DNA from: Candidatus Ozemobacteraceae bacterium
Lineage (GTDB): Bacteria; Muiribacteriota; Ozemobacteria; Ozemobacterales; Ozemobacteraceae
Direction of reading: 5' to 3'
Assembly (NCBI GenBank): GCA_965140445.1
Contig: OZ223236.1
Location: 5,120,001-5,184,000 of the forward strand
DNA: 64,000 nucleotides
Shown: positions 49,001 to 59,144 of the stretch, in pieces
Numbering within the stretch: the stretch's first letter is position 1
How the letters are laid out: each line of letters begins with the position of its first letter
Notes under the pieces: generated by a model
What the model was told of the DNA's origin: nothing
Databases searched by the model: none
What the model saw: the letters and a program-made list of their open reading frames with translations, nothing else
Program-made: the position numbers and the translations under genes

Positions 49001-51997
49001 CTCTGTCTCAATTCGTCTTTCAACCTTTTCTTCGGAACTGAATTCGCTTATTTTCTTTGTGTAATCCAGGTACAACCCAAGCTGCCAGCTCTCAAATTCG
49101 GTAGTATAATCCTCTCGGGTTATACCGTAGAAATCCAGCATTCTATCGTCCCAATACATCTTGTTTTGAGGAATATCTATTTCCCAGATACCAATTTGGG
49201 CAGAATCTGTTGCTAATTGAATTCTTCTGGTTAGCTCATTAAATTTCTCTTGTGCTCTCTTTTTCTGGTCAATATCAGAATGGGTTCCAACCATCCTTAA
49301 AGGACTCCCATCTTTTGTCCTTTCAACAATTGCTCCAACCGCTCGAATCCAAACCCAATTACTATTTTTGTGCTTCATTCTAAAGTCAACTTCATACTCA
49401 AAAGACTCAGATTCAATATGCTTTTGTAATATTTCTTCAATATTTGATATATCTTCAGGATGAACTTTTTCTTTAAACAAATTAAAATTTAATGAAGAAA
49501 AATCTTCTATAGAATATCCAATAATTTCAGCCCAACGCGAATTCACAAAAATTTCGTCAGTTGAAATATCCCAATCCCAAAAACCTGCGTTGGTTCCTTT
49601 GATAACGAGGTCTAACCGCTTTCTTTCTCCTTCTAATTCAATTGCCTGCTGTCGTGATTCGGTAATATCAACCAGATAACCAAGATATTGAATTGGTTTT
49701 CCATCATCGTCTCTTACAACTGTTGTATAATCTGAAATCCAAACGGAATCCCCATTTTTCTTAAGCAGTCTATATGGAGAATGTTCAAAGTGGCTTTTTC
49801 CCATTTCTGTATATTCAGCCACTTCTTTAGTTATTTTCTTTAAATCTTCGGGATGAATCATTTCTGGATAAATCGGATTACCGCTCAAAAGTTCCTCTGA
49901 TGTATATCCAAGTATGTCCTTAACATTTGGAGAAGCATACTCTATTGGCCAACCAATAGTTGCGCTCCACCTGAAAACCATAGTTGGCCCAGCTAAGAAA
50001 AGGTCTCTCTCATCTCTTAGAATTCTCTGTAGGTCAATTAACTGACTGATATCCACAAAAGATTCCAGCAAGCACTCTTTTCCCTCAAGCTTAATTGGAA
50101 CAACAGTTTTCAAGATAGGTAATCTATCACCGTTCTTCCTAATCAAAATTCTCTCAGAATTATCTACAATCTGTCCTAAATCCAAAGCGGGACAGCTATT
50201 CCTTTCCGCAGGACAAACAAAGCAATGACAAACCCTTCCTATAATTTCGCTTCTGGCCGCTCCAATCATTTTACAAGCAGCAGGATTCGCATTTAAAACA
50301 ATCCTGGTTTCACAATCCACAAGCATTACACCACTTTGGATTGAGTCTAAAATCCTTTCTGTCTCCAGCTTGCTCTGAGTAAGAATATGCTCTACCCTCT
50401 TTTGCTTTGTTATGTTTAAAAACGCAGTGGCAAAGCCATCTTCGCCAAAAGGGAAAGCATTAATCAAAAAATGCCGATCAAGATCCTTAGAATAGTGCTC
50501 AAAAGTAAAACTCTTTCCAGATTCAGCAACCTTTGCGTAAATATTTATCAAAGGCGTTTTACTTATTCCCGGGATAACTTCAGTAACTTTCTTTCCAATT
50601 ACTTCATTTAAACCTGTCAACTCCAAAAAAGCAGGATTACAGTTTACAAAGACATAGTCAATCGGCTGCTTTTCTTCATTATATAGAACCTTATGAATAG
50701 CAATTCCTGTAAGATTTGTTTCAAACAGCTCCCGAAATTTATTTTCTCGAATTTCCAACTCTTGCCTGGATTCATTATGAGAACGCGCGAGCAACCAGCC
50801 AAGAAAGATTAATGCTAACGCCTCAAAAATCATCATAAGAAGAAAAAAGCTCGCAGTTATTCGATGATCCCAGAACCAATTCTTTGGAACGTTAATAAAT
50901 GATGTGTTTTCTGGTACAAATGAAAAATTAATCCCCAATTTTTTCATCGCATCAAAATCTAGTACTTTTACATTTGGACTGTTGGTAACAATTGGAATAG
51001 AAGAGATTTTTTCCCCAGACAGAACTCGAATTGCAAGTTGAGCAGCCAACTGCCCCTGCATCTTGCCACTTGCAACATCTCCTCCCAACACACCAGTATT
51101 CAGGTAAAAATCCCATAAACTGTAAACTGGAGATTTGGTAGCTTTAGAAATAAATTTTCCGCTTTCCTCATAGGAGAAAAAATTTCCATCAGGATCATTG
51201 TTATACAGTATTAACAATACCGATTCCTGCAAAGAATCTATTTTGCTTAATTTATTAAGCAACTCATTCTTCGGTAGAGAAACCCAATACTCAAATTTTA
51301 CTCCTTCTCTAAATTCGCCAAAAATTCTTTTAGACACATCCAACTCAGCTTGTCCCGTAGAAGTGTTATCAGTAACAATCACACACTTTTTCAAATTTGG
51401 CTGCAACGATTTCATCAACAAAAAAGTTTTATACGGATCTGTCTTTTCTACAACACCTGATGTCAACTCTGGAATCTTCAACATTGATTCAGAAAAATTA
51501 TTGACCCCACAAAAAATAACAGGAATACCTGCAAAAATCTCCTGTCCTTGATTTTGAATGAATTCAAAAGCGTTGTTATCGCTAACAATTATTATGTCAG
51601 GTCTTGCTGCTGAAAATTTATCTCTTAAAAAGTCTAAAAATTGACCTGATATTGATTTAAATTTAACTCGCTTTGAGTCTAAATATTCAGTAAATATCTG
51701 GCAATTTTCAATTTGAGAAAAGCTCTCCTCAATCTGGGTTGTAATTGCGTCTGTCCAACTTAAGCCCTGGTGATATGAGTTAATGAGCAGAATTCTCTTT
51801 GTTTCACTTCCCACACCAATATCCGAGGGATTTTTAACTATTTTTGGCAATTTAACCTTATAAACAGGAAACTGTTTTTCGTTTCCACTGTTTATTTCGA
51901 GTCCAGACCAACCAACTCTCAAGGCAATAAAGACAAAAATAGCTGCTAAAAAAATCTTAAAGAAAAACAGCCTTTTTAAAATGACTCGATGTACCAC
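46064..51997 (-). CDS. Very large hybrid histidine kinase (periplasmic substrate-binding-like, multiple PAS, HisKA, HATPase, two REC, HPt)
   Basis: [12 protein letters not shown]-terminal domain; about 7 PAS/PAC units; [32 protein letters not shown]; two receiver domains; AHSIKGAS (HPt). Confidence 0.94.
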   Translation of the reverse strand: MVHRVILKRLFFFKIFLAAIFVFIALRVGWSGLEINSGNEKQFPVYKVKLPKIVKNPSDIGVGSETKRILLINSYHQGLSWTDAITTQIEESFSQIENCQIFTEYLDSKRVKFKSISGQFLDFLRDKFSAARPDIIIVSDNNAFEFIQNQGQEIFAGIPVIFCGVNNFSESMLKIPELTSGVVEKTDPYKTFLLMKSLQPNLKKCVIVTDNTSTGQAELDVSKRIFGEFREGVKFEYWVSLPKNELLNKLSKIDSLQESVLLILYNNDPDGNFFSYEESGKFISKATKSPVYSLWDFYLNTGVLGGDVASGKMQGQLAAQLAIRVLSGEKISSIPIVTNSPNVKVLDFDAMKKLGINFSFVPENTSFINVPKNWFWDHRITASFFLLMMIFEALALIFLGWLLARSHNESRQELEIRENKFRELFETNLTGIAIHKVLYNEEKQPIDYVFVNCNPAFLELTGLNEVIGKKVTEVIPGISKTPLINIYAKVAESGKSFTFEHYSKDLDRHFLINAFPFGEDGFATAFLNITKQKRVEHILTQSKLETERILDSIQSGVMLVDCETRIVLNANPAACKMIGAARSEIIGRVCHCFVCPAERNSCPALDLGQIVDNSERILIRKNGDRLPILKTVVPIKLEGKECLLESFVDISQLIDLQRILRDERDLFLAGPTMVFRWSATIGWPIEYASPNVKDILGYTSEELLSGNPIYPEMIHPEDLKKITKEVAEYTEMGKSHFEHSPYRLLKKNGDSVWISDYTTVVRDDDGKPIQYLGYLVDITESRQQAIELEGERKRLDLVIKGTNAGFWDWDISTDEIFVNSRWAEIIGYSIEDFSSLNFNLFKEKVHPEDISNIEEILQKHIESESFEYEVDFRMKHKNSNWVWIRAVGAIVERTKDGSPLRMVGTHSDIDQKKRAQEKFNELTRRIQLATDSAQIGIWEIDIPQNKMYWDDRMLDFYGITREDYTTEFESWQLGLYLDYTKKISEFSSEEKVERRIETEFKIMRPTGEIRYIKAFALVEFDENGKALSLTGANMDVTDQVESQIRLQESEDNFRTFFETTEDMVFVATRQEKIVFANQAGIEKLGYQLEDLLKMSLKDLFADENRSEAGNDFAAILSGNKEVCNIPLLRASGNSLDVETRLWSGKWNGSDCLYAVTKDITPLREALQKFQQMFDSNPSLMTVSAIKGTESRFVEVNQAFLNKMGYSRDEVIGRNIKQIPIFSAFDRQFELAEELLSSGSIRNKEVQVKTKSGSILNGLVSAVIVENQQETLLLTVMTDVTEQEIAKEQLKEALRFLSELNFDLENANAKAREMALSAESANTAKSEFLANMSHEIRTPMNGVIGMTSLLLDTELDDEQRRYAVTVKNSGESLLSLINDILDFSKIEAGKLELHIEKFDLRDIFENLATMMAVNATEKKLDLVNIINPDVPRFVIGDPNRIRQVLINLVGNAIKFTDEGKVVVRIATEASGENEVTLCAFIEDTGIGISEDDQKLLFSKFSQVDPSSTRKFGGTGLGLAICKQLVDLMGGSIGVSSDIGVGSKFWFSLRLQLPEEESIVSSHSKETFEDISVLIVDGNPDSLLETDSLLKFLGVKTIPVSDSIQALKVVSEIAAEGTPAQFAFIDIYLPRMDGMALGQAIKSDEKLSKMNLILTSTLRQRVDKKRLISCGFSGFVQKPLRESEILDILNGKRKAISGAVEVQTSFKQEGLKEFSKSRILLAEDNITNQQVAMGILNKMGLNTDPVVNGSEVLKALKVFKYDLILMDIQMPEMDGLEATRIIRNGGAGVENSKIPIVALTAHALQGDRERCIDAGTNDYLSKPINPLQLLEKIKFWLKKGLKQKEDSAEIDAKKLSEGRKKVDGSDINSDCFDVSTLMGRMMGDRELAESIVRCFLEDTPAQVVELNRSLNDENVKEVALIAHSIKGASSNVGGEGLRKLAFDIERAAKSGNLALAKELAKELENSYTELKNAMLDWIE

Positions 51998-52129
51998 CTA
52001 AACCACCTTGTATAATCTAAACTCTGTAAATTTTATGTCCCCGCTGTTAATGATCTAATTTTTCAGCTCACATTTAATTTTACCATTAAAATTCCAACCC
52101 TCCAACTTGGTTCACTTTTATTTTGCAAA

Positions 52130-52170
52130 TAAAAAGCAGCGACAAAGATTTACTTCTCATCGCTGCTTAT
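52130..52170 (-). terminator. Probable terminator of the methylaspartate operon
   Basis: AAGCAGCGA / TCGCTGCTT stem with a T-run on the minus strand, just after the fumarase stop. Confidence 0.6.
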
Positions 52171-52188
52171 AAATTGCAAAATAACTTT

Positions 52189-53778
52189 CTAATACAAAGT
52201 TTTTCCCTCTGCATTTGAAATAATAAAAGCCGGAAGATTCTCAACTTCAATTTTCCTAATGGCTTCCATTCCAAGTTCAGGAAAAGCAATAACTTCGCTT
52301 GATCGAATGTTTTCTCTGGCTAGAAGTGCCGCTGCGCCGCCTATAGTCCCTAAATATGTTCCACCGTATTTACCACAGGCAAGAGCAACCTCCGGCGACC
52401 TGTTTCCTTTGGCAAGCATGACCATCGAAGCTCCGTTTCTCATAAATTCATCAACGTAGCCATCCATACGTTGGGCAGTGGTAGGGCCAAAGCTTCCTAT
52501 AGCCATACCCTCTGGTGTTTTAGCCGGGCCTGCATAATAAACCGGATGGTTTTTAAAGTATTCTGGAAATTCTCCGGTTTCCTTAAAGTGTTCCTGAAGC
52601 TTTGCATGAGCAATATCTCGTGCAACAACCATAGGCCCGCTTAATAAAACCAAGTCGCCAGGATTTTTCTTTTCAAGGAGTTTTAAAATTTCTTTCATGG
52701 GAAGATTTAAATCTATCTTACTCACTCCCGACTTTTCAATTCCAACAAGACTATCAGAATATTTTCCAGGGTTTCTTTCGACCTTTTCAAGAAATGCACC
52801 CTCAGAAGTAATTTTTGCAAGAATATTACGATGAGCACTACAGGAAACGCCAATTGAGATAGGACAAGACCCCGCATGTCTGGGGAGTCTGATAACCCTG
52901 GAGTCAAGTGCGAGCCATTTTCCACCAAACTGTGCTCCCAAACCCAGCTCTGTAGCAATATTTTGAACTCGACTCTCCCAATGAGCGTCTCTGAATGGTC
53001 TACCTTTTTCATCACCAGACTCGGGAAGATGGTCTAGTGCGCCTGCAGTAGCTAACTTCAATGTTTTGAGATTAGCTTCAGGGGACGTTCCACCAACAAC
53101 TATTGCCAAATGATATGGCGGGCAAGCTGCAACTCCAAGGCCAGCAATTTTTTCTCGTAAAAAATCTTCAAGTTTATCATCAGCTAACATTGCCTTTGAT
53201 GCTTGAAACAAGCCAGTCTTATTTGATGAGCCTCCACCTTTGGCCATAAAAAGAAAATGGTATTCTTCCCCTGGAGCAAAGCCAATATCTATTTGCGCTG
53301 GAAGGTTGTTTCCTGTATTTTTTTCGCTAAACATTGTCTGAGGTATTATCTGCGAATAACGTAAATTATTGTTTTTATAAACTCTTTCAATGCCCTTTAC
53401 CAGGAACTCTTCGTCATTTACACCTGTAAATACCATTTCACCGCGCTTTGCCACAACCGAAGCCGTTCCGGTATCCTGACACAGAGGCAAAAAACCTTCC
53501 GAAGCAATAATGGCATTCTTTAGCAAATTTCCAACTACAAATCTCTCATTTTCGCTGGTGTCTTGATCGTTAAGAATGGCGATCCACTGCTTTAAATGGC
53601 TTTCCCTTAGATAAAACGAAGCATCGTGAAAAGCTTCATAAGCCAGCTTTTCAAGGACTTCGGGAGCAATTTTTACAAATGTTTTATCTCCAAGCTTTTC
53701 TGACGTAACTCCTTCTGAAGTTACTAAGCGAAATTCAGCATCAATCGGTGAGAAAGGCGCGCATGACTTCTTATTCAT
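52189..53778 (-). CDS. Class I (Fe-S) fumarate hydratase, probable mesaconase
   Basis: LPLCQDTG, NTGNNLPAQI, KGGGS.NK, AACPPYH, RLPRHAGSCP, GPTTAQRMD, KGNRS. ATG at 53778 after GGAGG. Mesaconase role inferred from the operon. Confidence 0.92.
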   Translation of the reverse strand: MNKKSCAPFSPIDAEFRLVTSEGVTSEKLGDKTFVKIAPEVLEKLAYEAFHDASFYLRESHLKQWIAILNDQDTSENERFVVGNLLKNAIIASEGFLPLCQDTGTASVVAKRGEMVFTGVNDEEFLVKGIERVYKNNNLRYSQIIPQTMFSEKNTGNNLPAQIDIGFAPGEEYHFLFMAKGGGSSNKTGLFQASKAMLADDKLEDFLREKIAGLGVAACPPYHLAIVVGGTSPEANLKTLKLATAGALDHLPESGDEKGRPFRDAHWESRVQNIATELGLGAQFGGKWLALDSRVIRLPRHAGSCPISIGVSCSAHRNILAKITSEGAFLEKVERNPGKYSDSLVGIEKSGVSKIDLNLPMKEILKLLEKKNPGDLVLLSGPMVVARDIAHAKLQEHFKETGEFPEYFKNHPVYYAGPAKTPEGMAIGSFGPTTAQRMDGYVDEFMRNGASMVMLAKGNRSPEVALACGKYGGTYLGTIGGAAALLARENIRSSEVIAFPELGMEAIRKIEVENLPAFIISNAEGKTLY

Positions 53779-54742
53779 CAATCTCACCTTCCTCCAGATC
53801 AGGCTGAAGATAACCAAGATTTTCAATTCCTACAGTTTCACGCTTTCCGACCATTCCAACAAGCAAATATACTTTGTTCAGCGGATCATAAATCATCTTC
53901 TTCAACAAATGAAAATCTTCTATTTGCCCCGTAGATTTAACGTGAGTCCTTGTTCCAGTACAAAACATGGCTTTGTCACCAATCTTTATTTTCCGCTCCC
54001 CAGCAGGCCCAATCGGAACATTAGCAGCAATAACCGCTTTTACCTTCTTCTCAAGTTCAGGAATGTTTATTCCAGGGTCCTGGGAGAACTTAATAACAAA
54101 TCCATGCTTAACATCTGAGTGAAAAACCTGCTGTTGATAATTATAGTCTTCACTCAGAATAAAGGTTGTCAAATCCTCTGCTGAATGAGCCATTAATCTA
54201 TATTTAATGGTTTTATCCACGACTTCTTTAATTGCAGACGGCGTAGGCCCAAACACTCCCGGTCGAGCTACAATAACCTCTTCCCCAATTCCAAACAAGA
54301 TATGAGCATTAAAACCAAGAGCATCATAGATCAGGTCAAAATGTTCTATTACCACACGTCTACCGGCATTTAGAACTCGCTTTACCGCTTCAATAATTTC
54401 AAATTTCTGCTTAAAAGCCAGCTCATATCTTATATCCAGGTGAAACGTATGAGATGCAAAAAAATCATCCTCCTGAAAATCATACACTGGAGTAGGTCTA
54501 AGATTTACACCATCGTCATCATTTGTCAGCTCCAGCCCAGGGAAAAGGCCTTTAATGAGGGTCGATTTGCCTGAGCCTTCAGAGCCAATGATGCCAATCA
54601 ATAGATCATTGGGATACAAATAGCGGCTGGACAGTTCTCCGGCCAGCATATACAGCCTCTGACGCCCACGAGGGGCGTAATAAGCTGAATAAATCATGGT
54701 TTCAAAATTTGAAGAATTAAAGCTATAAGAAGCCTGTTTCAT
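53771..54742 (-). CDS. P-loop NTPase fused to AlaRS/ThrRS editing-like (tRNA_SAD) domain
   Basis: IGIIGSEGSGKST (Walker A), VVIEH; C-terminal RLMAHSAEDL, ELEKKVKAVIAANVPI and CTGTRTHVKSTGQI, similar to the AlaX/ThrRS-N2 HxxxH and CxGxHV.xTG.I motifs. Confidence 0.7.
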   Translation of the reverse strand: MKQASYSFNSSNFETMIYSAYYAPRGRQRLYMLAGELSSRYLYPNDLLIGIIGSEGSGKSTLIKGLFPGLELTNDDDGVNLRPTPVYDFQEDDFFASHTFHLDIRYELAFKQKFEIIEAVKRVLNAGRRVVIEHFDLIYDALGFNAHILFGIGEEVIVARPGVFGPTPSAIKEVVDKTIKYRLMAHSAEDLTTFILSEDYNYQQQVFHSDVKHGFVIKFSQDPGINIPELEKKVKAVIAANVPIGPAGERKIKIGDKAMFCTGTRTHVKSTGQIEDFHLLKKMIYDPLNKVYLLVGMVGKRETVGIENLGYLQPDLEEGEIDE

Positions 54743-54753
54743 CTGGTTACCGC

Positions 54754-55071
54754 CTATACTTCAAATTCGATATCTAACAAAGGAGCATGTTGCTGCGCTC
54801 CATAAATGTCTGTTTCGCCTGGAGCTCCGGATGGTGCCCATCTCTTTATGGTAATTTTGATCGCGTAAGCTGGTTCAAAAGCGATTATTCCAAGAATGTC
54901 CTTTTGGTCTATCTTAAAAAGCCTGCAAACCAATTCTGGATTTATGATTTTCTTTTCTTTGAAAAAATCAAACCACTCGCGGCTTTGAAGAATAATGTCA
55001 AAAGTCAGTTCGAAAGGGCCGGAGTTTTTAGATCTGATTACTTTTGCAACTTCCCGTATATTCTTTTTCAT
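54754..55071 (-). CDS. DUF4387-like small protein (partner of AtuA-like protein)
   Basis: AKVIRSKNSGPFELTFDI...GETDIYGAQQHAPLL. ATG at 55071 after AAGGAG. Confidence 0.8.
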   Translation of the reverse strand: MKKNIREVAKVIRSKNSGPFELTFDIILQSREWFDFFKEKKIINPELVCRLFKIDQKDILGIIAFEPAYAIKITIKRWAPSGAPGETDIYGAQQHAPLLDIEFEV

Positions 55072-55082
55072 TGTTATCTCCT

Positions 55083-56456
55083 TTAGCCCAACTGCTCTAC
55101 AACACAAGGAAACAATTCAACTTCATTTGCTTCCATGAGATGATAGAGTGAAAATTCAAATACCTGTCCCATTGGAACATCGGATGGTGAAAATGGGAAA
55201 GCGAGATTTCCGGCGGTAGAAATTCTTCCTTCATACCCGTAATGCAAAAGAGTCGATCTGGTGACACTACATAAAGTATCTGCCTTATCCTGCGTTGGAC
55301 AAAGTGCTTCGATGATTATGCAGATTTCATGAGAATTCATCTGCTCTGTTCTCAGTGGTTCGAGGGGGCCCATAACGCCGTTTTTTCCATATACGTGAAA
55401 AAAGACCTGCCCATCCAGATTATCATTTGAATTCATCATGGTATTAACCTGAGCGTTAACTTCGTTGAGAATTTTATCAATGCTACCAACCATTATTGGA
55501 TCACGAGTTCCAGCGATACTAACTGCTCTGTACCCAATTCTTCTTGCGCCTTCAAGCTTAATTGTTGAAACATCCGACTTTACGTATTTGCTGCCTTTGA
55601 CTTCAACACGTTTTTCATCAAGCTGATTAAACACACAATCGGTTAAATCAAGCATTCCGCCAGGTCCTGGGAGATGATAAGGGTCTGATTTTTCATACAA
55701 AGTATGTGCGGCGGTTGATTCGCAGGTGAATTTTCGAATTGGATTTAGCGGTTCAAGAATAAAGGAATCCTCGGTCAAAATACCTAGAGCACAGTCCGCA
55801 CCAGAGCCTGGAGTAGAAGCAATGGCGGCGCACTCCAGGATTTTTCCCATGTGCATTGCCAAACCAGCATCATATCCAAGAGAAATTGGAAGAGCAGCGA
55901 AAACAGCCGGGTCATAACATCTTCCCGCCAAAACAACCTGGCAACCTTCCTTTAAAGCCGCTATAAGAGGATTTATTCCCATTTGAGCAACTATAGCTGC
56001 AGACTCTTCAATATGAGCTTCGGTCAGCTCATGAACATAGGTTAAAGGAGTTATTTTGCCTTCAGCTAATGCTTTCTTAACAGTTTCCTTGGAAACATCT
56101 GCTGGAATGGTTCCAAGCTTAAAAGAAAGCTTTTCTTCTGAGGCTATTTCACGAATAATTTCAGTACACCAATCCAGATGAGGTTTAGCTCCAGATCCGC
56201 CTGCTGTACCAATCACCACAGGAATATTTCTTTCAACTCCTGCCTTTATCATATATCTAAGATCGCGCTTTACAAAAGCCCTATCAGTAAAAGACTTTCC
56301 TATGCCAAGATAGTATGGACCGGGATCAGTTGATCCGGCATCGACTGCTATCAAATCAGGATTTCGCGCCATACCTCTTTCAAAGGAGGCTTCTGGAAAT
56401 CCATAGCCCAGAATTGCGGTCGGAGATAGAACTTTGAATTCTTTAGTCATTATCAT
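55083..56456 (-). CDS. AtuA / DUF1446-like (acyclic terpene utilisation family) protein
   Basis: LGYGFP, DAGSTDPGPYYLG, VAQMG, GRCYDPA, HMGKILECAA, AHTLYEKSDPY.LPGPGG. Start at 56456 or 56450. Confidence 0.82.
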   Translation of the reverse strand: MIMTKEFKVLSPTAILGYGFPEASFERGMARNPDLIAVDAGSTDPGPYYLGIGKSFTDRAFVKRDLRYMIKAGVERNIPVVIGTAGGSGAKPHLDWCTEIIREIASEEKLSFKLGTIPADVSKETVKKALAEGKITPLTYVHELTEAHIEESAAIVAQMGINPLIAALKEGCQVVLAGRCYDPAVFAALPISLGYDAGLAMHMGKILECAAIASTPGSGADCALGILTEDSFILEPLNPIRKFTCESTAAHTLYEKSDPYHLPGPGGMLDLTDCVFNQLDEKRVEVKGSKYVKSDVSTIKLEGARRIGYRAVSIAGTRDPIMVGSIDKILNEVNAQVNTMMNSNDNLDGQVFFHVYGKNGVMGPLEPLRTEQMNSHEICIIIEALCPTQDKADTLCSVTRSTLLHYGYEGRISTAGNLAFPFSPSDVPMGQVFEFSLYHLMEANEVELFPCVVEQLG

Positions 56457-57702
56457 TTCCCCCTTCTCTCCAGCGTAATACAGAGAGAATTCTTTCCATT
56501 TCATTGTTCACAATTGTCAGGCCTTCATCAAAACCCATACCAGGTTTAGCAAGCATTCTATCAGCTTGAGCAGCGACTGCTAGATGAACACAAATTCTTG
56601 CTGACACATCAGTTTCGTTACATGTTCCGCCCTGGTAAGCCTCAACCCCAAATTTCTTACAATAAAGAACGCTTTCTACAATATTTTGAATTCCACCTAG
56701 ATCGGGAGTCTTGATTTGAACCATGTGACAGGCTTTTGCGTCAACAAAATCACGAACATCTTCGTAGGTATTACACCACTCATCCGCGACGATTTTAACC
56801 CCGGAACCTTTCTCTTCAAGGCCTTTAACGATAGCAGCCAGAACTTCTATGGTTTTGGCTTTTTCTTCCATATCAACAGGACCTTCAATGTACAAAGGAA
56901 GACCATCTGCATCAGCTTCCAATGAAGCAAGATACTCTACAATCCGAGGGATATCATATTCAAAAGCCAGTCCAATTGTGCCATAAACATCAAGATGTAA
57001 AGCGGGTTTATAACTATCATTTACCCTGAGTGCCTTAACCCTTGAAGCCAGCCACTTAATGTATTCGCGAAGCTTTTCGCCATCACGACCAAGTTTGGTT
57101 TCAATGTTGTTTATAAGGCCATGTGGCAAAACTTCCACACCCTTCAAAATCATCTTATCAACGTTTTCATAGCGATTATCTCCACATTGTCCAAAAACAG
57201 GCACTCTTTCGGTGACAACGGGAAGATTATATTCTTTACAAATAACTTCGGCAGGTAGAACATGAAGCTCTTTTGCTCTTGCATCAAGTAAAGCCTGAGA
57301 CAAGCCGTATCTAATTGCGGTATGGAGACGTTTGCCATCCACTTCGAGTGACATAAATTTTTCTACCATGCTACGAAATGATTCAATTTCCATTCCCTCA
57401 AGAAGTGGTCTTAAGTGAGTCTTAAGATATGGAATGTACTCTTCGGCAAGGAATAAGGGATCTCGTCCACCAGCTCCTGAATACTGGACAGCAGCACATT
57501 CTCCAAGCGCGATCTGCCCATCTTCAAGCACTAACTGCACAGAGATACTCTGTCCCGCTTCTCTTATTCTAGTGAATTTAGGGGTAACGGTTTCACCAAC
57601 ATACACAAATCCATCGTTGGTTGCTCCTTTTTTGATTGCTCTCTGATCATCAAAAAAGAATGCTGAAACTCCAGGTGAAAATAAGGCTTTTATAATTTTC
57701 AT
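56443..57702 (-). CDS. mal: Methylaspartate ammonia-lyase
   Basis: FFFDDQRAIK, AVQYSGAGGRDPLF, HLDVYG, IEGP, VADEWCNT, QIKTPDLG, GGTCNETD, KPGMGFDEG. Confidence 0.96.
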   Translation of the reverse strand: MKIIKALFSPGVSAFFFDDQRAIKKGATNDGFVYVGETVTPKFTRIREAGQSISVQLVLEDGQIALGECAAVQYSGAGGRDPLFLAEEYIPYLKTHLRPLLEGMEIESFRSMVEKFMSLEVDGKRLHTAIRYGLSQALLDARAKELHVLPAEVICKEYNLPVVTERVPVFGQCGDNRYENVDKMILKGVEVLPHGLINNIETKLGRDGEKLREYIKWLASRVKALRVNDSYKPALHLDVYGTIGLAFEYDIPRIVEYLASLEADADGLPLYIEGPVDMEEKAKTIEVLAAIVKGLEEKGSGVKIVADEWCNTYEDVRDFVDAKACHMVQIKTPDLGGIQNIVESVLYCKKFGVEAYQGGTCNETDVSARICVHLAVAAQADRMLAKPGMGFDEGLTIVNNEMERILSVLRWREGGNDND

Positions 57703-59144
57703 TTTGGTCTACCTACCAGTTTTCCTTTGCTAATAGCATAAATGTCATCTGTAACCATCTGGAAACAAACGCTACGGCCTTCTGCTTTTGCTCGAGCTTC
57801 AAGTCTTTCGGAGTGGAAATCTATGATTTCTTTAGAAAGGGGAAGGTTTCCTTTATTGAAAACGCGGATAAAACCTTCATCATCTCTCATCGGAAGAATT
57901 TTTCCGTGATTACACATAGCTGGAGCGAAAGGCACATCCAAAGCTCCAGATTCAAAACCAGGCACGATACCAGCTTCTATATCTCCATAGCCAAGTTCAT
58001 AAACCTTATCAAGCAAACATTTTACTTCAGCTTTAATAATTGTTATTTCTCTTTCAAGCTCAGGTCCGCGTGGGAATCTCTGATCAGAAAGCATGTTAAC
58101 AATCTGTCTTGTAGCCTTTAAGCCTTGAGCATTAGCTTCTTTTGTTGGAATACCCATAGCTTCATGAGGTGATTTAACAATAACCTTTTCAGCTTTTGCC
58201 AAACTTGCAACTGTTGCTCCCCAACAAATAACCGAGAATGCCTTTGCCTCTTCTTCCGGGAAACCACCCATCCATTGATGGAAAACACTTGTAAGTTCAT
58301 AATCAGAAAAGTTTTCTTTGGCAAAATACTCATGGGCAATTTCTTTTAAAGCGATCATGGCGGCGAGGTCCTGAATAAGATTTCCACCTTGTCCATAGCC
58401 AAGAGTTATCGATTTTACTCCCTGCCTTAATGCAAGAATTCCCTCAAGCACTGCTACAGTGATAGCAACAAAAGGGGGAACCAAAGTACCTGTTAATGGT
58501 CCAAAAGGTTCGCGATTGATTGAAACTCCATTCTCCTCATACCAGCCAACAAGGCGATCAACATATTTCCAATCTTCAATAGACTTCTTCAAGGAAACCT
58601 TTTTGGCATATGGAATGTTGTAACTGATTCCGCCGCCTTCGTAGCTGGTAAAACCAGCTGCCAAAGTGATTTCAGCAAGAAGCCTTGCATCTGGAGTACC
58701 ATGTCGAACTTGAATTGGAGATTTTACCGCTTCTACAACTCTTCTACATGCTTCCAGGCCGTGATTAACAGCTGGAAATCCATTTAGGAGAGAAGTTTTA
58801 GCTTCATAGGACTTTTTAATGCCCTCAGCAGCTTCCTGATAGCGATTCTGGCGAGTATATGCATCAATGGTTGTTGGAAGCAAATCTGCTTCGCCCTGAG
58901 TTTCCAGATATTGGAGTAATTTAATGTGTTCATCGACAAGAGCTACCCCAGCTCTTGGTTGTAGCAGGACTCTTCCTTCATCTGAGGCTTTTTTCATCGC
59001 CTTGGCAAAGTTTTTTTCTTGTGGGATTGATTTTTGGTATGCCAAACCGTCTTCGAGTTTGAGACCTTCGCCGGTTGGCCAGGTTTTTAAAATTTCCTGT
59101 CTGATTGTTTCGAATTGTTCAAAAGGTATCTTAGTGGCACTCAC
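57699..59144 (-). CDS. glmE: Glutamate (methylaspartate) mutase large subunit E
   Basis: QPRAGV, LPTTIDAYTRQN, LNGFPAVNHG, QVRHGTPDARLL, EGGGISYNIPY, HQWMGGFP, HEAMGIPT. Likely GTG at 59144 after AAGGAG. Confidence 0.96.
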   Translation of the reverse strand: MSATKIPFEQFETIRQEILKTWPTGEGLKLEDGLAYQKSIPQEKNFAKAMKKASDEGRVLLQPRAGVALVDEHIKLLQYLETQGEADLLPTTIDAYTRQNRYQEAAEGIKKSYEAKTSLLNGFPAVNHGLEACRRVVEAVKSPIQVRHGTPDARLLAEITLAAGFTSYEGGGISYNIPYAKKVSLKKSIEDWKYVDRLVGWYEENGVSINREPFGPLTGTLVPPFVAITVAVLEGILALRQGVKSITLGYGQGGNLIQDLAAMIALKEIAHEYFAKENFSDYELTSVFHQWMGGFPEEEAKAFSVICWGATVASLAKAEKVIVKSPHEAMGIPTKEANAQGLKATRQIVNMLSDQRFPRGPELEREITIIKAEVKCLLDKVYELGYGDIEAGIVPGFESGALDVPFAPAMCNHGKILPMRDDEGFIRVFNKGNLPLSKEIIDFHSERLEARAKAEGRSVCFQMVTDDIYAISKGKLVGRPK

